Positions 38,187-50,766 of a DNA stretch of 64,000 nt are shown piece after piece. Location: the NCBI GenBank assembly GCA_965153455.1, contig OZ234493.1, positions 33,718,213 to 33,782,212 of the forward strand. Direction: 5' to 3'. The number at the start of each line of letters is the position of its first letter. The stretch's first letter is position 1. The stretch is from Sphagnum compactum (Eukaryota). A program made the translations under genes and the position numbers. The notes beneath the pieces were generated by a model. That model was not told where the DNA came from. It worked only from the letters and a program-made list of their open reading frames with translations, and searched no databases.

Positions 38187-41100
38187 ATGCAGGTCACCAG
38201 ACGAGGCTGTTCTAAGTATGTTTTTGTGCTCCTCGTGTTCCTGACCGTCACCATGATGGCTGCTGGTAAGCTTTGAATGCCTGCCAGAAAAATGACCCAC
38301 TACATTGTTGAAACCAGACTTGTTACGAGCATTTTGTGTTCCTGTGAGAGTTTGCAGAAAATCAAAGGCTGAGATGATGATCAGGACATGGGTACATGCA
38401 GGAGCTTTACAATTGATTTTTCTGTTCAAATGCCTTGAATACACCACTGGTATGTATATTCATGCTTACAATGGTAGCAAAACATCAGAGATTGTCAAAA
38501 AAAGATGCAGTCTGAAAAGTCAAGAACTCCAGACTTTGTGTCAAGCCTGATATCCACTCATATCCTCAGTTTCTTACAAGGATTGTGACAGCAGGTGTAA
38601 TCTTTCCTTCTACATCTGTGTGCACTGGTGTGTGTCAGCATACAGTTTCTGGAACAATGACCAAGATGGCAGCATACTCCGAATTGGACTGGTATGTTTG
38701 ATCTAGCATTGCACAACACCAATCACAGATGTACCTCAAATCAATGATCAAACTGTAGTCTTGGTTTGAAGATTTGTAGAGAATTGTGACTAGATGCATC
38801 AAGAGCATATATTTTTATACAGGAATTAAATCCTAGATATAAGTTTATCGTGGTTGCAGGTCAAACAAGAAGTGATCAGTTGGGCACCAAGGATTATGCT
38901 CTTGCACAACTTCCTTAGTGCACAGGTGTGCCCATACCTGTCCCACTTGCTTTGCAAGTATTTTCTCTGTGCATTTTTAATTGGACTGCATCTCAGTTAC
39001 CTCTGTTGTTGGGTGTCTTGTCCATCCTTTGTTTCTACTGCATTATCAATTCAGCTCTGTCGCTTCCTTTGCAAGTCTTCTCTTTACTTCTATACCTCGC
39101 TGGGCAAGGGACATTAATGTTGGAAATTATTGGACCCTGATTGTAGAGGACCACCAGTCTGCAATGTTTCTATATGTACAAGCATATCAAACCCTAACTT
39201 GTGTGATCTTTGTTTTAGGTTGAATCACTTTCATTTGGATCTTCACTGAATGCGCCACATGCCCCAAGGACTGCTTAGGCAATAGACTCTCAGTTTCAAG
39301 ATGTCTAGTGAAACATGAATTGGCAAACTGCAGGAGTGCAATCATCTAATAAGTGTTGCAAGATCCAATCTTGTCAAATCAGAAGTGGTGGATGCTCAGA
39401 CAGGCATGGTATGTTTTCTGTTTCCCTTTCAATAATAGATCACAATAGCACATTCCTTGGGTCATGGAATAGATAATAACACTTCAGAATTTTTCTGGAT
39501 CAATTTCTTGATCACATATTCAAGCAGAAAAATTGGGCCTGGGCTTGGATTCAAACTGACTTCAAGTCTATGTTGATGGTGGGATGTCATGTGTAGAGCA
39601 CAGAAAGCAAGGTACGCACTAGCACAGGCATGTCCATTGACCAGAGCAATGGAGAGCATCCACTCATCCAAGTGTGCAACTCTTACTACCAATCTAAGCT
39701 TGTCAAAAGCTGCATGTTAGAATCTTCTTAACAACTACAACACACTGTTATCTCAGGATGTTCTAAACAGAGCCTTATTCTCTCACCAGTGGCATGCTCT
39801 TGTAAGGGCCACAACCCATCTTTGTTGCAGGCTATAGAGAAACGTATAGCCATGTACTCAATGATCCCGATGGAAAATGGAGAGCGTCTTCAAGTTTTAC
39901 GGTACCCAGTGATTCCTTTAAAGAGGATGATCACTGATGCTTCACCATGAACAGCACATCTTTCAAATAGCATGTGATGGAACAGATTCTATGTGATAAA
40001 ACAAGATGTCTGGAGATGCTAACAACTATAGCTTTCATGATGGGATAGGTATGAACCAGACCAGTATTACAAACCACATCATGACTATTTCACAGATGAG
40101 GTAAGACTGCCTTGGACCATAGCCTCTACCAAGTTCTGTCTGAAACTGAGGGATAAATAGAGCTCGACTGTCTGCTGTGATACTTTCAATTGTGGTTTAG
40201 ACTCTATTTGGTGCTGAGAATCATACCAATTTACTTGTCTGTCCTAGAGTTATTATCTCAGATTGCTTAGAGAAACTAATTCATGTCCAGAGTCCAGACA
40301 CAGCATCATCTCAGTCTAGTGCATTTTTAAGTACAAAGCCCTCAGTGAGCCAGCATGACAAATCTCGCCAGGGAAGGAATACACAAATTCCTAATACCCA
40401 AGGAGATTGGCAGCCAGTATTGAACTTTCTTATTGCACAAGGTTTGGTGTATTAGTGCTGACTTTCTTTGCTTGCAATTTGAAGATCTGTGATGGCTACA
40501 CTACAGTTGCATACCTTTTAGGAAGGGAAGTTGATCACACTTCTTGTACAAGAGGAAAGGAGGGTCACACTAATGACTTCATTTGGACAATTGGAGGGAA
40601 TGGTCCATTTATTTTCCATTCATCAAGATGCATCTTGTTTGAGGTTTACGGTCAGAAAACACAACCCAACAAATGAACATTGTGTGCGGTCCAGTTCAAC
40701 TTCAAAAGTGGAGGCCAACGAGTGGCTACAATGCTCATGTATCTGAGCTATAGGGTTGAGGGTGGTGAAACCTACTTCCCATGGGTGGGTGCCACTCTCT
40801 CCCCCTTGCAAACTTTTGCCACATATCAAAGAGTGGCAAGGGAAGGCATTCTGAGTCACCTTCAAGTGATGGTGAGAATGTACTTCTTTCCATGGTTTTT
40901 GATGCTTGCTGATTCTGCTTGGAAGTTTTTCAAAGACGTAACATGTTGGTATTGCAGTCTGGACCAGGTGAGTGTAGCTGTGGTGGTGTAATGAGGAAGG
41001 GTCAATGTGTAAAGCCCAAGCAGGGTGATGCCCTCCTTTTTTGGAACACTGTATGTCTTTCTATCCTCCCTGTCTCTCTTGCTAGAAGTTGGAGCTGCTT

Positions 41101-41772
41101 AGTTTGCGCATATTACTTGAGCAATACTTGGAACTCCATCAAGCAAACTTAATTTTCAAAACAAGAAATTGAGTCACTGAACAGCTCTTTAAGATTCTAG
41201 CTTGGGGAATGCGTGAGAGATTCACACAAAATGGTATGCCTATTATCAACATCAGACTGGACATTCGACTTACAGCAAGATGTAGCAGCAGACCAATGCA
41301 GAGACAAGAAAGTCTCAAGCTGAACCAGAATTCTAATAATCATTTTTTACAGTTTTATCTGAAGTCCATCAGATCCTCTTGTGGGATTGTCAGGGATTCC
41401 ATTAAGAGCGCTGATCCTGGTTTTCAAAGTGCCTTCTAAGATTGCATCTAAAAGGAATTCAACTTTTGATATGAAGTATTGCATTCTCTACAATGGTACT
41501 ATGTAGTTCTTGACATGAGCAATTCATTAGGTGAATTTCCTCAAGGTGCAATCCAGAAGGGCCCTAAAAGGCTTTCAAGGGGTAATCAGGATTTTGTCAA
41601 AAGCTTGTTTTTGAAAAGATGCTAAAGACCAAAATGTGTTGATTGGTTGGATGTTTTGCAGAGGTCAGATGGTTCAACAGATCACAACACCTTGCATGGA
41701 GGGTGCAAAGTGCTTGCAGGAGAGAAGTGGTTGGCAACCAAATGGATGCGGCAAGATGTATTCAATGATTGA
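38187..41772 (+). CDS. P4H1: Prolyl 4-hydroxylase (2-oxoglutarate/Fe(II) dioxygenase), P4H1-like, about 270 aa, type II membrane anchor
   Basis: Exons: 38187-38265, 38402-38449, 38639-38691, 38860-38925, 39334-39408, 39597-39671, 39831-39901, 40049-40100, 40695-40784, 40958-41050, 41662-41772 (813 nt). Motifs include EVISWAPRIMLLHNFLS, VRTSTG, ENGERLQVLRYEPDQYYKPHHDYF (HxD), GGQRVATMLMYL, EGGETYFP, KPKQGDALLFW and LHGGCKVLAGEKWLATKWMR. Confidence 0.93.
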
Positions 41773-42078
41773 GGGCAATCATTTAGATAGATGGCAAAGC
41801 CCAACTGAGCTTGACTGAAGGTAATGGCAATCAGCTGTGACCATTCCAAAGCTATTGAAGCAAGAAACCCATTCAAACTAAGTAGTACATAAGCAACTAA
41901 TACAAAAGAATTTTTGCATTGAAGTTTTTCATTTGTGAATTTAATATTGTAATAATGTGAAGCATTTTTTTATCATATCAACAATTTGATTCGTAAAACA
42001 AGAGGTCATAATGATTGTGTGATAAGTACATTTTTTATTTAACTAGTTGGAAGTCATACGATACATTGCACAAAAAAT

Positions 42079-42718
42079 TGTGAATGAATAACACAAGAAT
42101 TAAGAACAAGAACACTAGATGCGCAAGATAAACATGAAAACGAATATTTATTATGCAAACATGAACACGAAAAGAACATAACAAAGCTATGGTGCAAAAT
42201 CATGTTTAAGATTAGTTTCAAGCAAACTAAAGGAAATGAGAGGTCCTACTTTTATTTATACCCCTTTGGGGACGTAATTCAAGGAAACTTTCAAAGAGAT
42301 TTCTATGTGTGCATTGAGTAAAAAAAATTTTTGAGAACCTTCCTAATTAAGAGTCAACTATGAATTAATTGAAAGTTAACCTGGACTTAACTAGGAGTCA
42401 ACTGAAAGTTAACTTGGACTTAACTAGGAGTCAACTGAAAGTTAACTATGATTTAACTAAGAGTTAATTAAATCTTTACTAGGAGTTAATTAAGAGTTAA
42501 CTTTGAATTATTGGGACTTAAGTCAAAGTTGATGAAGAGTTAATTGGGAATTAACTTGGATTTAACTAAAATTTAACTAAGATTTAATAAAATTAAACTA
42601 AGAATCAACCGGAAATGAACTAAAATTTAATTAAAAGTAAACTAAAAACTAAATTAAAAATTTTGTACATGGATGAACATTCAAATGAATGAACTCCATG
42701 GCATTGGTGTCCGTGACA
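42079..42718 (-). repeat. 3' LTR of the chromovirus, with an internal array of about 33-bp repeats
   Basis: Starts TG at 42718 directly after the PPT. A plausible TCACA end lies at about 42079 (uncertain). GAAAGTTAACYTGGACTTAACTAGGAGTCAACT is repeated at 42371-42436, with degenerate copies to about 42650. Confidence 0.7.
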
Positions 42719-45700
42719 TCACCTCCTCTTTTAGTGACAAATTCCACAAGGAGCAGACTTGGGTTTGTTTGGATATCATCGATGAAATTCATGCACCTTC
42801 TCCGTAACATTCAATAGGTTCTGATTAATTCCCAAATGTGTTCGTTCACAATTTACCCATGCCAATGAACAAGATATTGGAGTTGATGATTAGAGATCCT
42901 TGAATCTAAAATGTCTTCCACTTCATATTCTTGTTCATCATCAATTTCAATAGGTGGAGGGGGATCATGGATTCTTCCTAGAATGGTAGATGCATTGTAA
43001 GGTTCCAACAAGGAAACATGAAACATAAAATGGATTCTCATAGAACCTGGAAGCTTGAATTGGAAAGCCATGGTATTGATTTGTTTCACAATGAAGAATG
43101 GACCTAGCCTCTCATCATTCAACTTCTTGAATGAACTTGTTGTCTTGATATGTTGTTATTGAAGTCAAACCTAGTCCCTGACCTTGAAACTAAGTTTTTT
43201 TTTCGATGTTCATCAACATTTTCCTTATACCGCCTTTGTGCTTCTTCAAGGTTAAATACAAGTTGAGTTTGAACATTCGCTAACCACATGGCTTGATCCT
43301 GAGCTGTTGGATTCACGACTTTGTGCACATCTTGAATGTCAAACTTGAATGCAAACCATGATTTGCAAAGAAATGTGTTTGTTGGGTTAATGAATGCATT
43401 GTGTTGTTGTAAGTAAACTCTATCATGGCCAACAATTCTGACCAATTATTTTGATGATAATTGGTTTTACACCATACATATTGTTCCAAGACTTAATTGA
43501 CCCGTTCTATTTGCCCATTCATCTAGGGGTGGAAAGCTGATGATAACTTCATTTTCACACCTGAAAGCTCAAAGAATCACTTTTAGAACTTGGATGCAAA
43601 CTGAGGCCCACGATCAAAAATGATATCTTCATGAAGACCATGATACCAAAAAATGATTAAGGTTATTCCTTCGCTAGTAATTATTTTGGTATACAAAATG
43701 AAATGAACCATCTTTGTCAAATGGTCCACCACCACCAAGAGCAATTATAAAAACTTAGAGGTGGAAAGTTTGTGATGAAATCCATGGAAATTGAGACCAT
43801 GGGGATGCAGGGATTAGCAATGGTTGAAAGAAACCATGAAGGCAATGACAAAAATTCTTTGCTCGAGTATAAACATCGCAAGATTCGACAAATTCCTTCA
43901 CATACATCTAAAGCTATGGCCATAAATAATCTCAAAACACTAACTCCATGGTCTTGTTGAATCCAAAATGGCTTGTAGCCAAAGCATCGTGCCTAGCCTA
44001 GAGAATTTGAAGTCACATAAGGCCATTAGGAACATACTAAAAAACATCATGATAAAGTAGACCATTTGAAACTCGAATTTAACATGATCACTAGAAAAAT
44101 CATGGAGTTGATGATGACTTTTTAATTGACCTTGGATGTCAATAATAAAAGGGTCCTTCAAATCTTTTGACAAAGAAAGGTTGTGTCATTAAAAATTACC
44201 AATAACACTTAAAGTCGAAGATGTTCAGGCTTGTTGTTCGTAGGCTTCATCTCCTTCTTTAGGTGCAATGTACAGGCAACGAAACAACACATCAGGTTTC
44301 CCTTATTGGCACCTAGGGTGATACATGATGACAAATTAAAATCGAGATAAGGACAATGCCCATCAAGTTTTGTGTTGATTCAAAACATGAATTTTCCTGA
44401 AATATTATAAGTTCTTGTGGTCTAAATACACAGTGATTTCATGTTGAACTTTTTCAAGCAAATGACACCACTCTTCAAAGGCATCCACGATGGCTAGAAG
44501 TTTTTTATCATGAATTTCGTAATTGATATCCACATGAGAAAGCTTACAAGAACAAAAGTCGACATGATGAAAAAAGTTATCTTCTTTAAGTTGTGAAAAT
44601 ACGGTGCCTATTACAAAGTTGGAACTGTCCATCTCCAAAACAAAAGGTTTGGAAAAGTTTGCATGAATAAGAAATGGGGTAGTTGTGAAAAAAGCCTTCA
44701 AATATTGGAAGGCATTTTCAACTTCAATTCCCCAAGAAAAAGGTTGATCTTTCCTAATCAACTGAATTAAAGGGGCCACTATTGAAGAATAGTGGGTGAT
44801 GAAACGTCAATAAAAGTTGGCAAATCCAAGAAAACATTAAACATCCCGAACAAAAGTTGGAATAGTCCAATCAACAATGGTTTGAACTTTACAAGGATCC
44901 ATGTGAATGTCATCTCCAAAGATAACATAATCCAAGAATTCCACTTCAGACTAATCGAATTCACACTTCTCCAATTTGGTGTAAAGTCTAACCTCCCAAA
45001 GCTTCTCCAAAACTAGACATACATGGCACTCATGGTCCTCCATGTTCTTTGAAAAAATGATAATGTCATCAATGTAACAAACCACAAAATCATCCAAGCA
45101 CTCACAAAGGACATTGTTCATCAAATGTTTGAAAATAGTAGGTGCATTAGTAAGACCAAATGGCATCATAACATACTCAAAATGGTCATAACGGGTTCTA
45201 AATGTTGTTTTCCATTCATCGCCTTCTTAAATGCACACCAAGTTGTATGCTCCATGTAGATCAATCTTAATGTACACCTTGGCATGACTGAGTTGGTCCA
45301 ATAACTCTAAATTTAAGGGTAAAAGGTACTGATTTTTTATGGTGAATCAATTAGTCCACAATAATTGACACACATTTGCAAAGAACCATAGTATTTCTTT
45401 ATGACAAAGAGGATAGGGGCACCAATTAGAGACTTTGAATGTCAAATGAACCCGTTTCTGAGGTTCTCATCAAAATATTCATGAAATACTGCAAATTTGT
45501 TTTGCGACAAATTATAGATGGGTTCAAATGGAAGTTGCACTCCTTCCACAAGATCAATGGTATAGTCGTATGGTCAATGTTTGGGCAAGGTGTTTGCATT
45601 TCTCTTTTCAAACACATCTTTGAATTCTTAGTACTAAGAAGGAATTTCATGTGGACATGGCTCAACATCTAGTGAGGGAAAAGCATAAATAAAAAATGCA

Positions 45701-46330
45701 TCTCCTTTTGTGGCAACCTTCATGAAAGTTTTACTCCAACAAACAAAGGCTTGGGGCACCTAGGCCTTTTTGTACTATCTAGGTCTTCATTTTGCTTCAA
45801 ATTTTGCATGCTTTTAACAAGGGTTTCACATTCTAAGGTCGCATGCTATGGTGTTTCAAAGTGAAGACTCCTCATATGCCAATCCACTCGCAGATTATGT
45901 AGAACAAGCTAATACAATCTAATGATGATGAAATTTTAAAAGATGAAATGACATTGAAAACAACCTTGTTGGTGGGGGATTGATGGTAACATCTAACGAC
46001 TTGGTTTCATGTGTGATTGGTCATAATGAAAAGCTTTGACCATCAATGACTCGACCTCAACTGACACTAATGTGTTCTTTTCCATTAAAAGTCAACTTGT
46101 ATTATCACATTAGTTCTTTGTCCATAAGACATGTTAATGCGCCAAAGTAAAAAAATGTTTCGGCCTCCATTGTCACAAGCCTACTACATTTGATAATGAT
46201 TGGTATCAATAAACATGGTGATGGGTTTGAAAATAGGTTTGGACCATTCTCATTACATGGTGCATCAAGGTCCAGCCTTGTGGTCTCTATTGAGACTATA
46301 CATGCTCATTTTCCAATTCCTCTGGTTGTG
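42079..46330 (-). mobile_element. Decayed Ty3/gypsy chromovirus (Tf2/Tcn1-like): protease-RT-RNaseH-integrase-chromodomain plus 3' LTR; gag and 5' LTR not seen
   Basis: RT MPFGLTNAPTIF...VCYIDDIIIFSKN. RNaseH FVLEMDSSNFVIG...NYEIHDKKLLAIVDAFEEW. Integrase SISMDFITNFP. GPY/F module LGPFFIVKQIN...FHVSLLEPY. Chromodomain EYEVEDILDSR...LQYLVHWHG. A polypurine tract at 42719-42732 abuts TGTCACGG at 42718. Confidence 0.92.
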
Positions 46331-48289
46331 GATTATAATAGACAATATATAACACCTATTACATCTTAAACACATTGATCTTCAATGTTAGGCTCACTAT
46401 GGGCATTCAAATCATTCTACAGAAAGGTATATTCATATGAGCTTTCATTTTGGGATGAATTTAGTGCTTTTCTAAGACCTCCATTGTCTTGAATTTCTAG
46501 TTCATTTGGGCGTGTAAAATGTTCTTCTCTGAAACTATTAGAGCTTAGTCCACAAGGTTTGAAGGATTTGAAACCTAATTGTCACCTAGGAAAACATTTC
46601 ATGATGTACTTCATAAAATGTGTGACAAAAACAATAGATGCTATAATTTTTTTTCAACACACCATTTTTTGTTATTCTCCAACATTAAGAATAACTGTGC
46701 ACACTAAAATGTCATCGAATAATTTAGCATATAGTAAATTAGTGATGTAAAATGCCATTTGGTAAATTAGCATATTGTAAATCGATTATCATATTTTAAT
46801 TTTAAAATAAAAATTACCATTTGAATTGTTTAATTACCGGGTTCTTTTATTGTTTGAATTTAATTCACATGATTTTAATCTAATTGAAATTTGGAAGTTT
46901 TTTAAATTTTGTGCCTCTCTTTACCATTATACTTTTATTTTAAAATCATAAATTGTAATTAGTTTAAGGTGCATCAAATTTAACTTTAATCTAGCAATCA
47001 AAGCAAATTAGCTAACATAGTGATGGTTTTGTGCTAATGACATGTGGGAGGTACCACACGGAACCATGTTGTTGATAGACATGTCATACCCAATATTTGT
47101 CCTATGAAAGCAAAAACCAACTGCACCCGAGATGAAATAATATTTCTTGAAAAACCAGGTTTGTTCTCAACAAGTGCAATTGCATATCCATTCTCAAAGT
47201 TTATTTGGTGGGGAAAGTTTTGTTTTAGTAAATCGTTCGTTCAATGAGATGGTATGGACTATAACACGAAATGGTAAAACTATTAGATGGATAATGTTGT
47301 TTAAGATGTCTAAACCACATTATAATCGGTGGGAGTTTGGTCCTTTGATTGGTAAAGGTTTTGAATATTGTTCATTTAACATTCTGATTGGTAGATTATT
47401 GTGGAATATAATTGTTCTACAACTACCATTGTGTGTGCCAACAAGTTCACAATATCTCCCAAGTGAATGCCCTTTGGTTTTTTTTAGTAATTCAACACAT
47501 CGAAAGACCCAAAACTTGTGTCTGCTTCCTACCCATTCTTTCACCTTTGATGTGGAAATATTTTTCATCCACATGGACAAAATATTTCAACCATCAATAA
47601 AAATATTTTATCCAAATGGATGAAATGTTTTGTCCATTTGGCAAGGATATATGATCCATGTGGATAAAATATTTCGTCCATGTGGCAATAATATTCGTAA
47701 AATATTTTTTATTACTCAAGGAGTCATGTTCACAAACTCATGTGTTAATGATGTTGATTATCATTGCTTTAACACAATCAAATTCAACCAATGAACCTCC
47801 AAAAAAAATTTCACAAACCCACACGCTCTTTACATGCATTTAATTTCACCAGATTAATATTCAACCTTTGTTGATGTTAAAATTCAACAAACTTGCATCT
47901 TCTTGAATCCATTTATTAAATAATCATATATTATTCTTCAAACATGTTGTGTTTCTTTTTAGTATTTGTGTTCCTTTCTGTTTGATTTAATTGAACATGA
48001 ATGTGCACTTTAAGTAGGTACATAACTTGGATTGTTCAACCTTACAATTGGGTGCAGTCACACTAACAAGAGCCACATCAAACGTAACATTTACTTTATT
48101 TTTCACATTTAGAAATGGTAATTTAATTTGGTGTTAAAAATATAAGATATAAGGAAGTTTTTAAACAAAAATCCTTTGTGTGTGTGTGAAAACCATTATT
48201 TTTTAGGCTGAAAATATATATGAAATCTCACCCGAAAGAAAAACATTGTTTAGGAGGGTGGGAGACCATGGTTTTTTCAATTTTCTAAT

Positions 48290-49450
48290 TTTGAATTTTT
48301 TTTCCCCAAATTTGTGTTATACCCAAAGTGGCAATCATTTAGAAGAAAAATTAGCCAAATTAGGCTCTAGACCACATGTGAATTTTAAATAAAAAAGGGA
48401 TCCTTCTATATTTCTAGCGATTGAGAGGAATGTATTTTAAAAATTAGCAATTTGGAAATGTTTTCTCAAAATCTAGCAAATTTGGGCAAAATTTTTCATG
48501 AAAAATCTTTTGTATAGGTGGAAATTGTGGCGTTCCCCCCCCCCCCCCCCCCCCCTTTAAATTTGTGATATAGCCAAACTAGTGATATCCACAAGAAGAT
48601 TTAACCAAATTTGGCTATAAACCAAATATGAAAGTAAAAAAATTTAAGAACCCTTTTATATTTTGGCTACATGTTGGAACTTGCTGTAGAAATCTGACAA
48701 TTATATATGGCCAGTTTTTTATGTGTTGAAAGTTGAAATCATATTTTTCAGGTGAGGAAAAAAAGGTGAAATTCGTCCCAAAAAAAACAATGGTCGAGCT
48801 AATATTTTTCCTATCAAAATTTTGGTGTAATGGTCCTCTAAACTGGCTATCAAACCAGATATGAAGTAAAAAAATCTCTAACCAACCTTCTCTATTTATG
48901 GCTACACAATGAAATCCAAATATAATAAAAATCTGACAAATTTTTTTTTCTCACTTCTGGCGATTGAGACCCGCAGGATTTTATATATATATTGTTCCCT
49001 TTTTTTACTTCCAATTTCATGGTTTCAAGAAATTGGCAGTTTTTTTCCAAAATTTTAGCAATTGTTTTCGAATTGCCACAGTGCGAAAATCACCCCCCCC
49101 CCCCCCCCCCCCCCCCCCACATTTCATTTTGAATTTCGTTTTTTGGGGAAGTTTCGCCAGTAATAGAAATGCTGATATTGCAGACAGCGTTAATGAAATA
49201 ACACTGCAGTTTTCTTTAAAAAAATTTTGTGATGTAGCTGAAGTGGCAATCATCCTAAGATGATTTAGCCAGATCTGGCGATAAGAAAATATGTAGGTGA
49301 AAAAAAATCCTAGCTTCCTTGTATATATTTTTGGATACCTGCTGGAATTTAGGATAGAATCTGGCGAATTGTTTTTATTTTCAAAATTTGGCGACTAAAA
49401 AAATTAAAAAAACACTAAATTTTCGGCATTGTGAAAACATTTCGCCAAAA
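48290..49450 (+). repeat. Cluster of about four copies of an AT-rich interspersed repeat (TAGCCAAATTTGGCTA core) with poly-C tracts
   Basis: Related units start near 48320, 48570, 48840 and 49230 (GTGGCAATCAT..AAGA.GATTTAGCCAAATTTGGCTA..AACCA.ATATGAA). Reverse-orientation relatives occur at 23790-23945 and 53420-53535. Confidence 0.7.
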
Positions 49451-49755
49451 AAGAAAAGAAACCCTGGCCCACAGGGGGTGTGAAAATGGTGGCAGGAAGG
49501 AGGTCGGAGTGGGTCAGATCCGGAGCGTCGAACAAGAAGTGGATGAAGCGCTGTAATATGGACGGCTGAAGATGCGTTCGGATAATGAGGAGATCTCCGG
49601 GTACCAATGAGCGTCGCGTGGTTTGGTCCTCTTGCACCCGCGTGTGTGCCCGCTTCTCTATACTTTGTCTGCGCAGCGTCGAGTGTTCTTCCTGTTCGCT
49701 TGCTTGCTTGCTTGTGGCATTTGTGTCTGTTTGCGGTTGCGTTTGCGTTGTGATC

Positions 49756-50766
49756 ATGGCGAGCTCCGTTGCTGCAGGATGCAAGGTGACTGTCAGCTGC
49801 TTGGTACAACCGTCGCTGGAGAAGAGCCGCAGTGGTGCGGACTTGAGACCTGCGTCTGTGAACTCTGTTTTCGGTGTCCGGAATCATGGCGCTAGTAAAG
49901 TGTCGTGCTCGCTTGCTGACGACGTGCGCTCCTTGGTTACCAAAGCGTCTGTTGCTGGAAAAGCTGCGGCTGTTGCACTCGCGACAGCTGCGCTCGTTGC
50001 TTCCGCTGCACAAGCGGAAGGGACGCCTAAGAGATTGACGTTCGAGGAGATCAATTCGTTAACGTACAATGAAGTCAAGGGGTCGGGAACTGCTAACCAG
50101 TGTCCCGCACTGGCTAGTCCTGCTGTAGACGGATTCAAGTTCGCGGCGGGTAACTACCAGATCAAGAAGCTGTGCTTGGAGCCAACGAAGTTCCAAGTCA
50201 AGGCGGAGTCGGCATTCAAGTCCGGGGAAAAGGAGTTCCAGGACACGAAGCTCATGACACGCCTGACATACACTCTTGATGAGATTGAAGGACCGTTCAC
50301 CGTCGGATCTGATGGTTCTGTGAAGTTCAAGGAGGTTGACGGGATCGACTACGCCGCAACCACCGTGCAGCTTCCAGGAGGAGAGAGAGTTCCGTTTCTG
50401 TTCACCATCAAGGAGCTTGAGGCGACAGGCAAACCCGAAGCGTTCGGTGGGAAGTATCTGGTTCCTTCGTACAGAGGATCATCCTTCCTGGACCCCAAGG
50501 GCAGAGGTGGCTCCACTGGATATGACAACGCCGTGGCTTTGCCTGCAGGAGGTGCGGGAGACGAAGAGGAACTACTGAAGGAGAACCAGAAGAACACAGC
50601 AGCGTTAGAAGGCAACATAACCTTCAAGATAGTGCAGAGCAACCCTGAGACAGGCGAGATTGGAGGAGTGTTCAAAAGTTTGCAGCCTTCCGACACGGAC
50701 TTGGGGTCCAAAGCTCCTAAGGAAGTCTTGATTGAGGGCATTTTTTATGGCCAGCTTGATAAATAG
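49756..50766 (+). CDS. PSBO: Photosystem II oxygen-evolving enhancer protein 1 (33 kDa, PsbO), chloroplast precursor, 336 aa, single coding exon
   Basis: ATG at 49756 in ATCATGGCG context. Bipartite transit peptide ending in [11 protein letters not shown]. Conserved motifs include [80 protein letters not shown] and QPSDTDLG. Confidence 0.98.
   Translation: MASSVAAGCKVTVSCLVQPSLEKSRSGADLRPASVNSVFGVRNHGASKVSCSLADDVRSLVTKASVAGKAAAVALATAALVASAAQAEGTPKRLTFEEINSLTYNEVKGSGTANQCPALASPAVDGFKFAAGNYQIKKLCLEPTKFQVKAESAFKSGEKEFQDTKLMTRLTYTLDEIEGPFTVGSDGSVKFKEVDGIDYAATTVQLPGGERVPFLFTIKELEATGKPEAFGGKYLVPSYRGSSFLDPKGRGGSTGYDNAVALPAGGAGDEEELLKENQKNTAALEGNITFKIVQSNPETGEIGGVFKSLQPSDTDLGSKAPKEVLIEGIFYGQLDK

Noticed and set aside
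38500-38595. Possible extra P4H exon between exons 2 and 3
   Set aside because: The candidate acceptors I tested give in-frame stops, and exons 2 and 3 already join in phase.
42371-42650. Possible CRISPR-like repeat array
   Set aside because: The units are contiguous with no unique spacers, lie within an LTR, and there are no cas genes. The context is eukaryotic.
49585-49755. 57-aa N-terminal extension of the PsbO ORF in the ORF track
   Set aside because: It reads through promoter and 5' UTR simple repeats (GCTT, TGCGTT). ATG 49756 has good context and begins a typical MASS transit peptide.
49381-50741. Minus-strand ORFs overlapping PsbO
   Set aside because: Antisense shadow frames of a GC-rich gene.
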